From Sphyrna mokarran (lineage: Eukaryota), in NCBI GenBank assembly GCA_024679065.1, contig JAGIQG010000020.1:38192001-38256000 (forward strand): a stretch of DNA of 64,000 bases, given 5' to 3'. This document shows, piece by piece, positions 1 to 12,302 of the stretch. Under the pieces are notes generated by a model that saw nothing but the letters and a program-made list of their open reading frames with translations, did not search any database and was not told where the DNA came from. Numbering within the stretch: position 1 is the stretch's first letter; the number at the start of each line of letters is the position of its first letter. The translations under genes were made by a program, and so were the position numbers.

Positions 1-29
1 CACTTCATAATTCCACAGATGGCAGATAG
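1..29 (+). CDS. GIT2: GIT2 coding exon (3' end only; truncated by window), HFIIPQMAD-S
   Basis: CAC TTC ATA ATT CCA CAG ATG GCA GAT AG|gtgagg; matches GIT2 HFIIPQMADS; phase 2 joins the exon at 6609. Confidence 0.9.
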
Positions 30-1329
30 GTGAGGCAGAACAATTTCAGTTTATTATGGTACAGTTAAAATTGATGCTTGGCTGTCTTTTTCAGGGCAAT
101 CGCAGATGGCTTGGCCTCATGAGTTTTTGTGCATGTCCCATGAATAAATATTTTAAGTGTCTGCGCATGAACTAGATTCACTGCTGATGGTTAACTGCTG
201 ATGCAGTTAGCAAGCATGGTTTAGGTGCCTCTAAAACATAATGCACCTTTTAATGCTTGTGAGCTCACCAGAACTGATGGTGGAAGTGGTTTTCAACTGA
301 TGTACTACGGGAACTTTGCAGATGTACTATAGCCTGCTGTGGGAATGCAAATGTGCTTAAATTGAACCCTCTGAAGATGAATAAGACTTTTGATACCTGC
401 TTCAGCCTGGGCTTCATATTAAATGAAAAGTGAGAAACAAAATATCCTTGCGTCAAACAATACAGAGGCTGCAGAAATGCTGAAAAATTCAGATATATGC
501 ATTAAAATGCTTCATTAAGTTGAAACTTATTTCCTAATGCACAGTGGTTTCCAATCTTCTGCAGTACGGTTGACCAGGACAACACTCTTAATCTTTTCAT
601 CTGCCATCAGGTGCCTTAAGAAAGGCTTAACTTTTGATAAGGTTCCTGACACATCTGAATGGGGACTTAATCCCAGAGATTCTGGACCATAAGTAGGGAT
701 ATTAACGCTGTATCACAAGACCTCCAGTGGATATTGATGCTCTGATCTAACTAAAATTCATTATTCATAGTTTTAAACCCTGACCCCACCCCCAGCCTTT
801 TGAGAGTAGAGATTTCCAGATCACCACTTTCCTTTGTGTGGGGGAAAAAAAATTCATGATTTCATTAGCTTCTAAGAGGGTGTGCCGTGGAATTATTTGT
901 CTCATTGAAGAGTGCCATATTACTGAAAAAGTTGGGAACCACTGGTGTGAGGGTTGCAACTGTTTGTGCATAGGATAAAGCTTTGTAACAAGCAGTAAAG
1001 TTGTAAGATCAGAATATATTGTTTTATATGTCTGGCATCTCTGCGCATACATAAGTTTTCCAATAATAAATTTCTACATCCTTATTTAACCTTGTCAGGC
1101 TACAATTATACACTAATATTGCTATTTGCATTTCTTCCGGCCCACCTTTTTGATTATTTACTAGCTCTTACTCACTAGTCCCCCACCTCCTCTTCCCACC
1201 CTACCCTTCTGTCTTGCAGTATTTGCTCTTCTGTTAATGAGTTTTGCCAATCATAATCTTTCACTATTGCTCATCTCTTCCCACTTTTCTCCTATCTTGT
1301 ACTTGTAAATTATTTTCCTGCTCCCCTAA

Positions 1330-1455
1330 CTTTTGATGTCCGGTTATCAGTCTGAAACATTGATTCTTTTTGTCTCACTGGTGCTGCCTAACCTGAGTGT
1401 TTTGCACTTTGTTTTGTTTGAGATTTCCAGTGCCTATAGTATTTTGCTTTTGTTT
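1330..1455 (+). repeat. Degenerate shark repeat, Penelope-pLTR-like (family ending ...cagatttccagcatctgcagtattttgctttt)
   Basis: Similar to 22000-22103 and 50690-50785; inverted copy at about 1695-1810. Confidence 0.45.
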
Positions 1456-1694
1456 TTCCTTCTTTCCCAATAGAGGTGCCACAGCACCAGTACTTGGCAA
1501 AAGTCATTCTTTGACAAATTAACTCAGTTTCCATCATAAATGTGGTGATTGGAATTTATAATGGCAATATAAAATTAAAGACAAAATGCCTTGCTTCAAG
1601 ACGGAGATTGAATTTTGTATGCACTGTTCCAAATGTTCCTTGGCCTTCTGCATCCTCATTGCTTGTTGAAACACTATCCTTGGATTTGATTCAG

Positions 1695-1810
1695 AATCAA
1701 AATACCAAAAATGCTCAAAATTTGAAATAAAAAATGCAGCAGACCAGATAGCATCTGTGGCCAGAGAAAGACATCTTTCATTTTGATAATCCTTCATCAG
1801 AACTGGAACA
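1695..1810 (-). repeat. Degenerate copy of the same Penelope-pLTR-like family
   Basis: gcatctgtgg...ccttcatcagaact (CTGATGAAGG on the minus strand); related to 19475-19640 and 38690-38790. Confidence 0.45.
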
Positions 1811-2308
1811 TGTTTGAGATTAACTGTTTTTAAGCAAATACAGAGCCAGAGATATGAATGGGGTGCAGGTAGGAGAAGAAGGAAAAGTCCATGATAAGAT
1901 CAAGGGTAGGAGTGATTAAATAACAAAGGGAATAACACAAGGCAATAATAGACCAAGAATATAAACTAAAATCGATCCATGGAAGGTCTAAATGGCCACA
2001 GACAATGGTAAATCGAACCAAATGAAGATTGCTCTCATGGAATGTGAACTCACTTTCAATGCTTCGAAAGAACAAAGTAGTATGTGTAAAATTTACCTGG
2101 TAATGGTGTGGGTAAATAACTGGCAAAGGTGTGTGTTTTACTTTCAATATGCATAAAACTTTGGATTTTGTACAAAGATTATGCTTTGAAGAGATACGCG
2201 TTTGTATTTTTTAAAACTAGCTGTAGTATATTTGCATTATATATACTAGGAGTTTAAATATTTGTAGTTTTGTTTCATTGTCATAAAGTATACAATATAG
2301 TTTTGCTT

Positions 2309-3519
2309 CAGGATGTTTCCTGAGGAAGACACTGGTGGGTGTGGTCTATATAGGCCCCCAAATAATAACTTTGAGGTGGGGCGGGCTACAAACAAACAAA
2401 CAAGAGATGTGTGCAGAAATGGAACGGTGTTAGTAATGGGTGATTTCAATCTGCATATTGACTCTGGGTGATGTAAGTCGGACATGGAGGGCTGGAGGAA
2501 GAGTTTTTGGAATGCTGTAGGGATGTGTTCCTTGAACAGTATGTTACAGAACCGACAAGAGAGCGTGCGCTGTCTTGGATCTGGTACTATGTAATGAGGC
2601 AGGTAGAATTAGGGATATTCATGTGAGGGATCCTCTAGGGATGAGTGATTATAGTATGGTAGAATTTATGATGCAGATAGAGGATGAGGTAGTAGCGTCC
2701 CAGACCTGTGTACTATGTTTGAACAGAGGGGACAATGATAGGATGAAAAAGGAATTGGTGACTATGGATTGGAGGAGTATGTTGGTTGGTAGGACGGCTG
2801 AGGAACAGTGGGGGATTTTTAAAGAGACCCTTTTATAATTTGGATGCTAAAGGGAGTTTTTTCACACAGAGGGTGGGGGGGTGTGGAATGTGCTGCCAAG
2901 TAAAGTGGTGGAGGCAGGTACTCTGGAGTTATTTAAGAAATACTTAGATGGGCACATGAACAGAATGGGAATGGAGGGGTATAGAAAACTGATTTAAAAT
3001 AGGGATCATGAGCCTTGGGAGTCCTGGGAAGTGTGTAAATAGATGATGATATTGATGTACTTGTTTTTATCCTACAGGTGCTTTGGTCCACCTTGTTGTC
3101 TAACAAGGGGCGTACACGCAATGGGTCATGAGAGGGCTGTTCTTGGATTTTTTTTCGAGAGTATCCTAGTGCTTCACGTCGTTAGTGTACACTTGACCTG
3201 GACCATTTGATGGGCAACATGACAGCTCAGTGACTATCTCTGTGCTGTGCAGATACATGGATTTGGGCCTGTGTCTGTGGGAGTTTGCGCATTCTCCCCG
3301 TACTTGCGTGGGTTTTCGCCAGGTGCTCTGGTTTCTTTCCACATCCCAAAGGTGTGCTCTTAGCCTAATTAGCAAAACAAATTCTCCCTAAATTGTCTCA
3401 AATTTGGTTTTTAATCCGTAGATCTATAAACATAGACAGGGATCACGGGTAGAGGTGGGAACATCGGGGTGGGCTCGTTTGGCCAAAGGGCCTGTTTCCC
3501 ATGCTGTTTTGTTCTTTGT
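2309..3519 (+). mobile_element. Internally deleted CR1-clade LINE with V-SINE-containing 3' UTR
   Basis: APE endonuclease motifs (VYRPP-like, MGDFNLH, LDLVLCNE, SDYSMVEF) fused at about 2833 to the ORF2 C-terminus; 3' part nearly identical to 52746-53448; TSD 2295-2308/3520-3533. Confidence 0.9.
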
Positions 3520-4277
3520 ATATAGTATTGCTTTTATTTTGATGTACTTTTCCCTGTAAGTGGTGTTAGTCCTATTCTCTCTCTCAATTAAATTATTCAC
3601 TATTGAGTGCCACCTGTTGGATTATTGAGTTCATACATCTCAAGTGCAAAGCTGAGGAAAAACAGCCAAATACAATACTTGTAGATATTTCATTATTTTC
3701 TTTACTTCCAATTTTCTTCTTTCCCAAGAGCAATGATTCCTTGTTGAAGTCAGTCACATCTTGGTATCTGAATAAATTGCCACTTGTCGTGCGCAAATAT
3801 AAACATTGGTAGGAAGTTGTTCAGTATTTTTGTCCCTACTTTATATCTACAAATGTTCACTTCCTGCACATGTAGTTGGGTAGTGATCATGAGTGATCTT
3901 TTATATTTTGTGTGCTTCTGACACAGCTTCTGGGAAGAGAAATGTAGTATTTATGATGAAATACTTCTCCACCACATATTAACTGTTAAAAATAATCTTT
4001 TAAGCATAAAATAAATTGCTCACCGTTACTACAGTAGCTATATCTTTAAGCCCAGATGCTACTATTACTTAATATAATGCTTGTCAGTGATTTGCAGTTT
4101 GAGATCAGTGGACTGATTACATCTTTGCTGACCTCAGGTGAGCATGTTTGAGGATCACTACCTGAATAAAAATATCAAGTAGTCTTGTGCTAACAATATT
4201 TCTTAATAGGTCTTTACAATTAATTGTAGCAATTGAAGTTAAGTACTTACAGGCAGCAGGCATTAAGAGATACTTAT

Positions 4278-4350
4278 CGCAGTTAGTTACCTCAGGTAGC
4301 ATGTCGTGCTAATGATGCCAAGGTTGCAGGTTCAATCCCTGCAGTGGCCA
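4278..4350 (+). pseudogene. Decayed tRNA-Ile(AAT)-derived sequence
   Basis: gtgctaatgatgccaaggttgcaggttcaatccctgcagtggcca matches the 3' part of vertebrate tRNA-Ile(AAT) mostly through CpG-decay changes; D-arm broken; T5 run downstream. Confidence 0.7.
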
Positions 4351-5034
4351 ATATTTTTGTTAAAAGAAATCATAGAGAGGCACTTAGTGAAACAATAGCT
4401 GAGTTGGAGCTATATATCTGTAATGTTTCACTCTGTGAATAAAAAAAATCCCTAGTAAAGGCTGGCCTTAGTTTCTTCCTTCATTAACTGACTATCTGAA
4501 GCATGACATTTGCCTATATTTTGCTACTTGATCCTCAAATTATTAACGTTCATTGGTAGCTGTCCACCACCTTCCCAATGTAGTTATTCTTTTTATGTGA
4601 GCTTTGATTTAGGACATGCCAGGGCAACACCTGTCTCCCAACAACTATGCAGATACATTTTGCAATGGAAAAATTACAAGATAGTAATCAAGAAATAATA
4701 AATCTATGGATTTCTCCTCAACTTTGAAATGCTAAGGCTAATTGCTGTCCTCACTGAGATTAGCTAACTCAAGCCCAGCCCAGGTATGCAAATTGAGACA
4801 TCTTGGATTGTCTGGGTTAATACTATACTTCCATTAAAATGAAAATCCATATTACATTGAGTAAAGAGCAGCTGAGATACTCCAGTGTGCCTATTGCATT
4901 AGTTTTGGGGTTTATGTACATTGAAATTTTACAGAAAAGACACCAGAAGAAATTGGCTCAACAAAGTAGAGAAGCCTCCCTGACAAAGTATCTATAAAGC
5001 TTATTCCTTTTTTTGGACACATTCTGAAGTTTTA

Positions 5035-5255
5035 GAGTTAATTTTACAGCCCAGAAAGAGGCTCTTTGGCCTGTTATGTCTATTTTGGATATCAAACACC
5101 TATCCTAACCCCATTTTCCGATACTTGATCTGTAGCCCTGTATGCTGTGGCATTTCAAGTGCTCATCTAAATGCTTCTTGAATGTTGCAAGGATTCCTGC
5201 CTCCATCACCCTTTGGCAGAGTTCCAGGTTCCCACCACCCTCTGGATGAAAGAAA
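5035..5255 (-). mobile_element. CR1 LINE 3' fragment
   Basis: Reverse complement gives the CR1 ORF2 end (ttcatccagagggtggtgggaacctggaac) and a HER1-type tail. Confidence 0.7.
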
Positions 5256-5349
5256 CATATTTATGTTTTGTGAGGATAAACTCTCCTGTTTAAGTGGCAC
5301 CACTTGTAACAATTTGTGAAATCATCCTACCATAAGCTGATGAAAAGTT

Positions 5350-5473
5350 AGTCCCCTGATGAAGGAGCAGCATTCCAGAAGCTCGTTATTGCAAATAAAC
5401 CTGTTGGGCTTTAACCTGATGTTGTGAGACTACTCACTGTGTCCACCCGAGTCCAATGCTGGCATCTCCACAT
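5350..5473 (+). mobile_element. Penelope-like pLTR fragment with decayed hammerhead core
   Basis: CTGATGAAGGAGCAGCATTCC...aaataaacctgttgg...gtccaatgctggcatctccacat; same family as 57490-57625. Confidence 0.75.
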
Positions 5474-6608
5474 ATTTGGCTGCTGAAAGCATCACAGACA
5501 ATGCTGAGCTTGTTTTTGCCCACTATCCAGTAGCTTTCTTTGATAATAGCTGAGAGTGGGGACTCACTGTTTTTGGCTTACTCTTGTTTATCAGGCTTTG
5601 ATGCTAATTGCAACGTACAACCCTTGTTGAGATCCAGTGTTTTTACACAGGATTATGATCAAAGATTAGTCATTATTCACCATTATTAGTTGCTATTACT
5701 CAATTCCTGCTACATGTTGTAATTACCAGCAGATTGATGAGCCCATATTTACATTTTGTTTTTTGAAAAGGATGCATAACATCTGCAGGAGTTATCCAGA
5801 ATTAATTGATAATCAATGTGTAAATTTGATTTCATGCTATTGATGCCTTAGCCATCTAACTGTTTGTAATCTCAGCCTAATCAATAAATATCTATACACT
5901 TTTTTCTTGACTGCATCTCTTGGGATAAAAGGCACCTGTAAGTAATGCATAACAAAATAGCTATTTTTAGGTCTGATAGTTGAAAATCACTGTCATGCTT
6001 GTTCTTTTTTCCTTTGAACTAATATGTTGTAAAGTTACAAGTACTCCTTCCAGCAGCCTGTGTTGTATATAATCCTGCCTGACGTTGCTTTGTGTGACTT
6101 CATGGGATCATGGATCTTCATATCCAACAAATCTCGGTATTGAAAACCATTAATTATTGTGCCAATGTCAGGTTTCCTAACTGAGCAATAAAGGAACACA
6201 TTTTGCATCTTTATGGTATTGTTGAATTTGATTGGATCTATGCCACAGGACCATCTTTCTAATCTTTCAAAAATATCAGAAACATACAGGGGTATAATTC
6301 AAAGAATGGAGCACCACACAGCTGCTGCAGCTGAATAGAGCTAATTAGAGGATTAATCTAATCTGGGATGTTTCTAGCCTTTGTGACTCAGTACAAGATC
6401 ATGTTATGAATTTGTGTACATAAACATCTAGTATTACTTGATGTCTTGTGCAACCCAGTTCATTTAAATGGCTTCTGACTTAACCAAAAATTTGCCAAAA
6501 CTTGCAGGCTATGCTAGTTTTCAAATCAATATCTCAGAAAGCTGTAAAAATAAGATGCTGCTTAGTGTTTGTATTACTTCATTAGTTACTGTGCTCTTCT
6601 CCCTTTAG

Positions 6609-6660
6609 CAGTTTAGATTTGTCAGAACTGGCAAAAGCAGCAAAGAAAAAGTTGCAGTCG
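6609..6660 (+). CDS. GIT2: GIT2 coding exon, (S)SLDLSELAKAAKKKLQS
   Basis: ccctttag|C AGT TTA GAT...CAG TCG|gtaagt; 52 nt; tandem TAGCAG acceptor. Confidence 0.95.
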
Positions 6661-8525
6661 GTAAGTTTTCTTCTTGGATGTTTGCAGCCCAATTGTCCTG
6701 TGACAATATATAGTTCTGTCATTCAAGGATCCTAAATTTGAATTCCAAACTTAAAAAGGTTATAGTAAAATGTCTATTACATGTATGTTTTGATTATCTT
6801 GGTTTCCTCTGCTCATTATTCATCAAGAATTAAGCAACCCCACTCATGTTGCATTCAATATTCTGTGGGTCAAGTTCTCAGAAAGCACAGATAGATCTTA
6901 GAGAAGCTTTGTATACTGTTTCATTACTTTTGGTACGAACAGGATGGGGTTTAATTTAATCGGACCTGATTTCTCCTCTTACCACCTGTCCATAAAATGA
7001 AAGAAATTTTGATTTCCCCCTTTATAAACGGTGATGTATTTCTCAGTGCCTCAGTTTGGGTGTGATCTAATTTCTATTAATGACCAACAGCAAACTCGAG
7101 ATGAGGTAAACTCAGAGGGCTAGTTTATTTGCACCAATTCAAACATGGAAGAAGGGAAGCAACTTGTGTAATAAAGTGTTAGGGAGATAGAGAAAGAAAA
7201 AATTAACAGAGCATAAATCACAAAATAAAGAATTACTGTTTCATGTGGGTCCACAGTCAAACCTGTGACACTTTACAAATTGCACAGTAAGAATTATGTA
7301 AGTATCTTCTAACTGCAAACTTAGTAATACATGCAATTTTATTGTTTAATTTCCTATTCAGCCAGATTAGTTTGCCTGCTACTAATGCCAGAATGATCAT
7401 AATTATTATTATCCTAATATAATTATCACACTCATCATTAGAACATTGTATAATTGTTCTTTCACTTTGTCTACAATGTGAATACGTGAATATCAGGGGT
7501 TTCAACTTCCGGGCCAATTTCAAACAAGTTAGGAATGTATATTAGTATGTTTAAAAATAACTTCACCGTTCACTTTTCCCTCGTTTTTTCACAAACTATC
7601 TAGCTCTTGCTAAACTGTAAAAACTGGCTTATATTTATGGCTTCACTGATAGGTACAAGTCACCTTTTAGCACCTTGCCAATATAGGGTGATGAGTTTAA
7701 TCTCAATGAGTAATTTAGAATGTTCCCCAGGCAATCAACTGTATTCAAGTCTGCAGGAATAGTTTCACGATTGTCACATCTGATAGTTTACCATTTCAAC
7801 AGTTGGGAGAGGCTGTGCCGCCTCCTTCCAAAAAAGGGTGCAAGTGAAGTTAATTTTCCACTAATTAGCCATTATTACACATCATCCTTCAATATACACG
7901 ACAAAAACAAAGAGGTTAACTAACTTTAAATGCAAGGTTTGAGATTTAAAGCAAAATTCTTGAGCCTCCTTCACCTTGTGATGTAGCAAAATACACTGTT
8001 CCAGCTGGAGTCTGAGGACTCTGTATCTCCACAGCACTAAATTTGAGCCCTGATCAAGGATGATCCAATGCATAACCATCTAAGCATAGTCACCCTTAAC
8101 CGTTTTTGCTATTTGACCATCTAGAACATCTGGCAACAAGGCTACCATTGATATTGCTCTTCAGACTAGCAAACACACTTCCTTCGTTTACTTTGTACTC
8201 AAGAAACAAGCAAAAAAGGAGAGAAAGATGTGGAGATATCTTTGAGAACCCAACAGGAGGATCTTAATCTTAGAGATTTCTTTATTTCTTAAGGAGAAAA
8301 ATGGACTTGGGAGTTAAAGCAACAAGTGACTTATTAATTTAATGCATGTCTTACATTTCATTTGGTTCATAATTCTTTTACATGTTTTTTCAAATAGCCT
8401 CTCTAGTTTAATGTTGAATGTATGTAAATAGCATCTTAAACATTCTCAAAGCACAGTAAATGGCATAAGTAGTTGCATCTCAGTCCTGAAGTAGGTTAAA
8501 ATTCTCTTTCTGCTTCTATTTCTAG

Positions 8526-8598
8526 CTAAGTAATCACCTGTTTGAGGAGCTAGCTATGGACGTATATGATGAAGTAGATCGAAGAGAGACTGATGCAG
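8526..8598 (+). CDS. GIT2: GIT2 coding exon, Spa2-homology repeat 1, LSNHLFEELAMDVYDEVDRRETDA
   Basis: tctag|CTA AGT AAT...GCA G|gtgagg; 73 nt; matches GIT2 SHD. Confidence 0.96.
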
Positions 8599-9330
8599 GT
8601 GAGGATTCAGCTGTGAAGTGGAAGTCAATATCCCGATATTCTAACAATCATGCTTCCTGTTCCAAAAAGAGAATTCTGCTTTAAATAATCTATTTGAAAT
8701 TGCTCTTCATTCATTTTTAACATTTGCAGGTTTTTTTCATAAGGCCTACCTGTTTTGTCATAGCTCATCAAAGTTGTGGAGAAAATAACTCAGTAGCAAT
8801 TGTACTAGAATATTGGCCTCTCAAATTAGAGCCGTCAGTGTTTAATTAATGTTTACTCCAAACAGAAATTTTGTTCCTAGCAGGTGGGTTTGCCAGTTTT
8901 AAATGAGTTTGATGGATTAGAAAGTTAGGGTTGATTAAGGGGTACTGATAGATCTTGTCCCTTTTAAATTAATCATTTATTAACTAATTATTAATAAACA
9001 TCCGTAGTTTCAAACTCAATAACTAAAATAGCAATTTTTTTGCCTTATGGTGAACATCACTTCTCTTCGAAATTTCTGAAGTACTTTGCATGATATTAAT
9101 TAATTTGAGATAAGATGTTTTTGACTATCTAAGCAAATACAACAACCAATTTATGTAATTAGCCACAATAAGGTGAATGATTTAAGCTATTTTGTAGATA
9201 GTTCTCTGGTCTTTCACAACCTGCTACAGCTGCTAGCAAGAACGGAGAATTTGGAGGTCAGCCAAATCTCCATTCACTGCAGCAGAACTGGAGAATCCCA
9301 GTCCCAGGTGAAGAGGAGAATATGACCTAA

Positions 9331-10134
9331 TGACTGGGATTCTGCCAGCCCATTACACGGCTTGAGCAACGTAGTGGGCCAGGAGACCACAGTGGGAGGA
9401 CCTTCAGCGACATTCATGATTGGTGTCTGGTCGACTGTAAGTTTCCAAGGCCTTACTTTAGGTCAATAAACTCAGCACTGGAAATCGAACCCCTGCCATG
9501 CCCCAGCTGGGAGAGTTTTCCACCAACAGGGTTTATAACTGTTTGCCAGTAATGAGAAGCAGTACCCATCTGGCACTAGGCAGTGTTAAGGAGGTGGGGC
9601 ATACTAGGGTGGAACCTATTGGGGGTAAATTGGTTGTGGAGAGGGGAGATCCATAGCCACTCTGCAAGTGGATCAGTGGGGGAGGGAATGAGAGGGTAAT
9701 CGGGGCTGGTCATCAGTGTGCGGTCATTGGGGATGGCTCGACTCAGGGCTGGGAGGTCAGGAAGACTGATGATTGGGGTAGATGTCAGTAGGCCAGCAAC
9801 CAAGGTGGGGGTTCAGGGGTAAACATGAGGTTTGCCATCAGGAGGCTGGTAGGGGGGTGGGAGGAGGGAGGAAGGATGGAGTGGAGGAGGGGCTGCCCAG
9901 TACACATGCAGATCTCCCCACTGACAGATCAGCACATGCACAATGGCACACTTAGCACTATGCTGCCAGCCTCTCGGGCAGGATGAGGCTGAGCTCCCGA
10001 CTTTCAAGCATGAATCATTCTAAGGAACTCTGTGTTGCACAGAATTGGAGATCTGTTCTGGTAAGTACGCCCCAAGAAATTCTCCCATTTTCCTGCCATT
10101 AGACATCTAGTTTTGTTTTGGGAGAATCCCAGCC
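9331..10134. mobile_element. MITE-like non-autonomous DNA element with imperfect TIRs and GC-rich core
   Basis: gactgggattctgcc ... gggagaatcccagcc termini; GC-rich interior unlike the flanks; no transposase ORF. Confidence 0.5.
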
Positions 10135-10537
10135 AATAATTTTGCTTTGATTACTCACAGTGAATTGGTGTAAACAGACTCACACTGTGATGTCGTTGCT
10201 TCTCTTTCTGGCCTTCCTGTTTTGTCAGTGGCCAGCTCCCTATCCCACTCATCCCTATGTTTTGAAATAGGGCAATTAACATTTATAAGATGATCAAGAG
10301 TCTGAGGTGCACTGATCCTGAGTTGATTAATACTGTGCATAATCCTTGTGCTCTGTTGCCCATTTGTGCTTAATCATTTACCCCAACCTTTTAACTATTG
10401 CAAAGATTTTGTTTCCCCGTACAACATTCTTTACTGTAGTATAAAAAATATGTATGCTGGTTCACTTAAGCTGATAACTATTTTTAAAGTGTTTACAACC
10501 ATTGGAAGTTGGTGTCAGCAACAGCAGTTACAAAGAA

Positions 10538-10840
10538 TGATAGAATCCCTGCATTGCAGAAGAGGCCATTAAGCCCATTAAGTTTGCACCAATTGTCTGA
10601 TAAAGTATCTTACTCAAGCCCCCTGCCCTATCCTTGTAACCCCACACATTTACCATGGCTAATCCATCTAACCTACACATCTCGAGACTCCAAGAAACAA
10701 TTTATCATAGCCAATCCACCGAATCCTCACATCTTTGGACTGTGGGGGCATCTGGTGGAAACCCACACAGACTTGGGGAGAATGTGGAATTGAACCTGGG
10801 TCTCTGGAGTTGAGATAGCAGTGCTAACCACTGTGCCACC
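10538..10840 (-). mobile_element. V-SINE (HE1-like), CR1-type tail
   Basis: Reverse complement of tRNA-like head ggtggcacagtggttagcactgct, V-domain, and gggattcta tail. Confidence 0.85.
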
Positions 10841-11557
10841 ATATTTTTCACCAGCGAGAAGCTAGAAACAGTAAAATGGGATGGTTAGTGCTTGGGTTAA
10901 ATAAAGCAATGTTGAAATTTTGAAGGCTGCTTCAGGCCAATATCACTGCATATACTTGAAAATGATTCATTCAACATAAGCTAGGGGGATAAGGAGACTG
11001 TAGGGGAAAGAGATATAGATAGAACATTTTGGAAGGATTAAATACTAATTTTCTTGTTACAGTTATTTATGAATCTTACAAAAATGTTATTAATTGTGAC
11101 AACAGGACTTGGATGTTACAAGCAAATTTGGGAATTTGTGTTTTATTTATTATTTAAGTAGGGTTCTAGATTGCCACCATGCTGCTTCATTTGGGTATAA
11201 TGGACACAACATTAGCACGTAAAGTCACAAGTAAGCTGTTTTATTAGAGTTATTCTCATTTCTGTAATATGATCAGAGCTTGATCATATTAAATCTTACA
11301 AGAGATGGATTGAAAATTAATAATTTCCAATAGTGTTTTTTTTACAGTGGTGATGGAGTGTGAGAAAAGAAAATGTGTGTTTATAGATCAGCATCTTTAC
11401 ATTTATAAAATCTGTTTGGATGAGCTTCTGAATTTGGTTTTGAAACACCAAGACACAATGACAAATCATGGCTTGAATGGTTCCCTTGAGTTTCTGTTTG
11501 GCTTGTGTAGAACACTGGATTAAAAACGTTTGAGCTAACATATTTTTCTATACGCAG

Positions 11558-11655
11558 TTTGGCTGACAACTCAGAACCACAGCACCCTGGTAACTGAGAC
11601 AACAGTCATTCCCTTTCTTCCTGTGAACCCAGAGTATTCATCAACTAGGAATCAG
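11558..11655 (+). CDS. GIT2: GIT2 coding exon, VWLTTQNHSTLVTETTVIPFLPVNPEYSSTRNQ
   Basis: tacgcag|TT TGG CTG...AAT CAG|gcaagt; 98 nt; GC donor needed to join the GRQK exon in frame. Confidence 0.95.
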
Positions 11656-12190
11656 GCAAGTTTTCAGTATATGCTTTGTTGCTGCAAGCACTGTCAACTT
11701 GATAAAATTGAGGAGCTAGTCGAATGAATTGTCATGTAGTGCAGTTGATATTTCTATGCTTACTAGTATCATAAGTGCAAGTAAATCAGCTTGTGGAAGA
11801 GAAGGAATAGATTAGCATTTAGCAACTGTCAGTTCTACCAAATTTCCATACACAATATGAACTTCCAGATATTTATTACTAGATCTGTGATATATTGCCA
11901 ATATTATCTGTTCAAATTTTTTAGTGACAAAATGGTATTACTGATATGAATCATTATGATCTATGTCTTGTTTATGCAGGGGAGCAGCTCACCTGTTTTA
12001 CAGAGGTAAAATTCAGCCCTAGTTTTTTAATTTGCTGCCGAGAGGAAGCTAACGTTTACCTTTCCATGATGTAGATTCAGGAAATCCGGTTCTGGAGATT
12101 TGATTGTCAGAAAATTACTGTCTCCATTTACAACATTGCTGCTAAGATGATGTACACATTCAGACTCATGCCTGTACTTTTAAATTGCAG

Positions 12191-12302
12191 GGAAGACAAA
12201 AGCTGGCACGGTTTAACGCTCATGAGTTTGCCACTCTAGTCATTGATATTTTAAGTGATGCCAAACGGAGACAACTAGGGAATCCAATCACTAGTCCCAA
12301 AG
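12191..12302 (+). CDS. GIT2: GIT2 coding exon, Spa2-homology repeat 2, GRQKLARFNAHEFATLVIDILSDAKRRQLGNPITSPK
   Basis: ttgcag|GGA AGA CAA...AAA G|gtatgt; 112 nt. Confidence 0.96.

Noticed and set aside
1474-1502. Possible GIT1-like microexon after a pyrimidine tract in the first intron
   Set aside because: The tract is partly the tail of a repeat, the length to the next plausible GT is not a multiple of 3, and there is no similarity to the GIT1 microexon peptide.
3166-3375. Near-identical 69-aa ORFs at 3166-3375 (-) and 31749-31958 (+), suggesting a small duplicated gene
   Set aside because: They are antisense readings of the V-SINE part of the repeat; the similarity reflects repeat copy identity.
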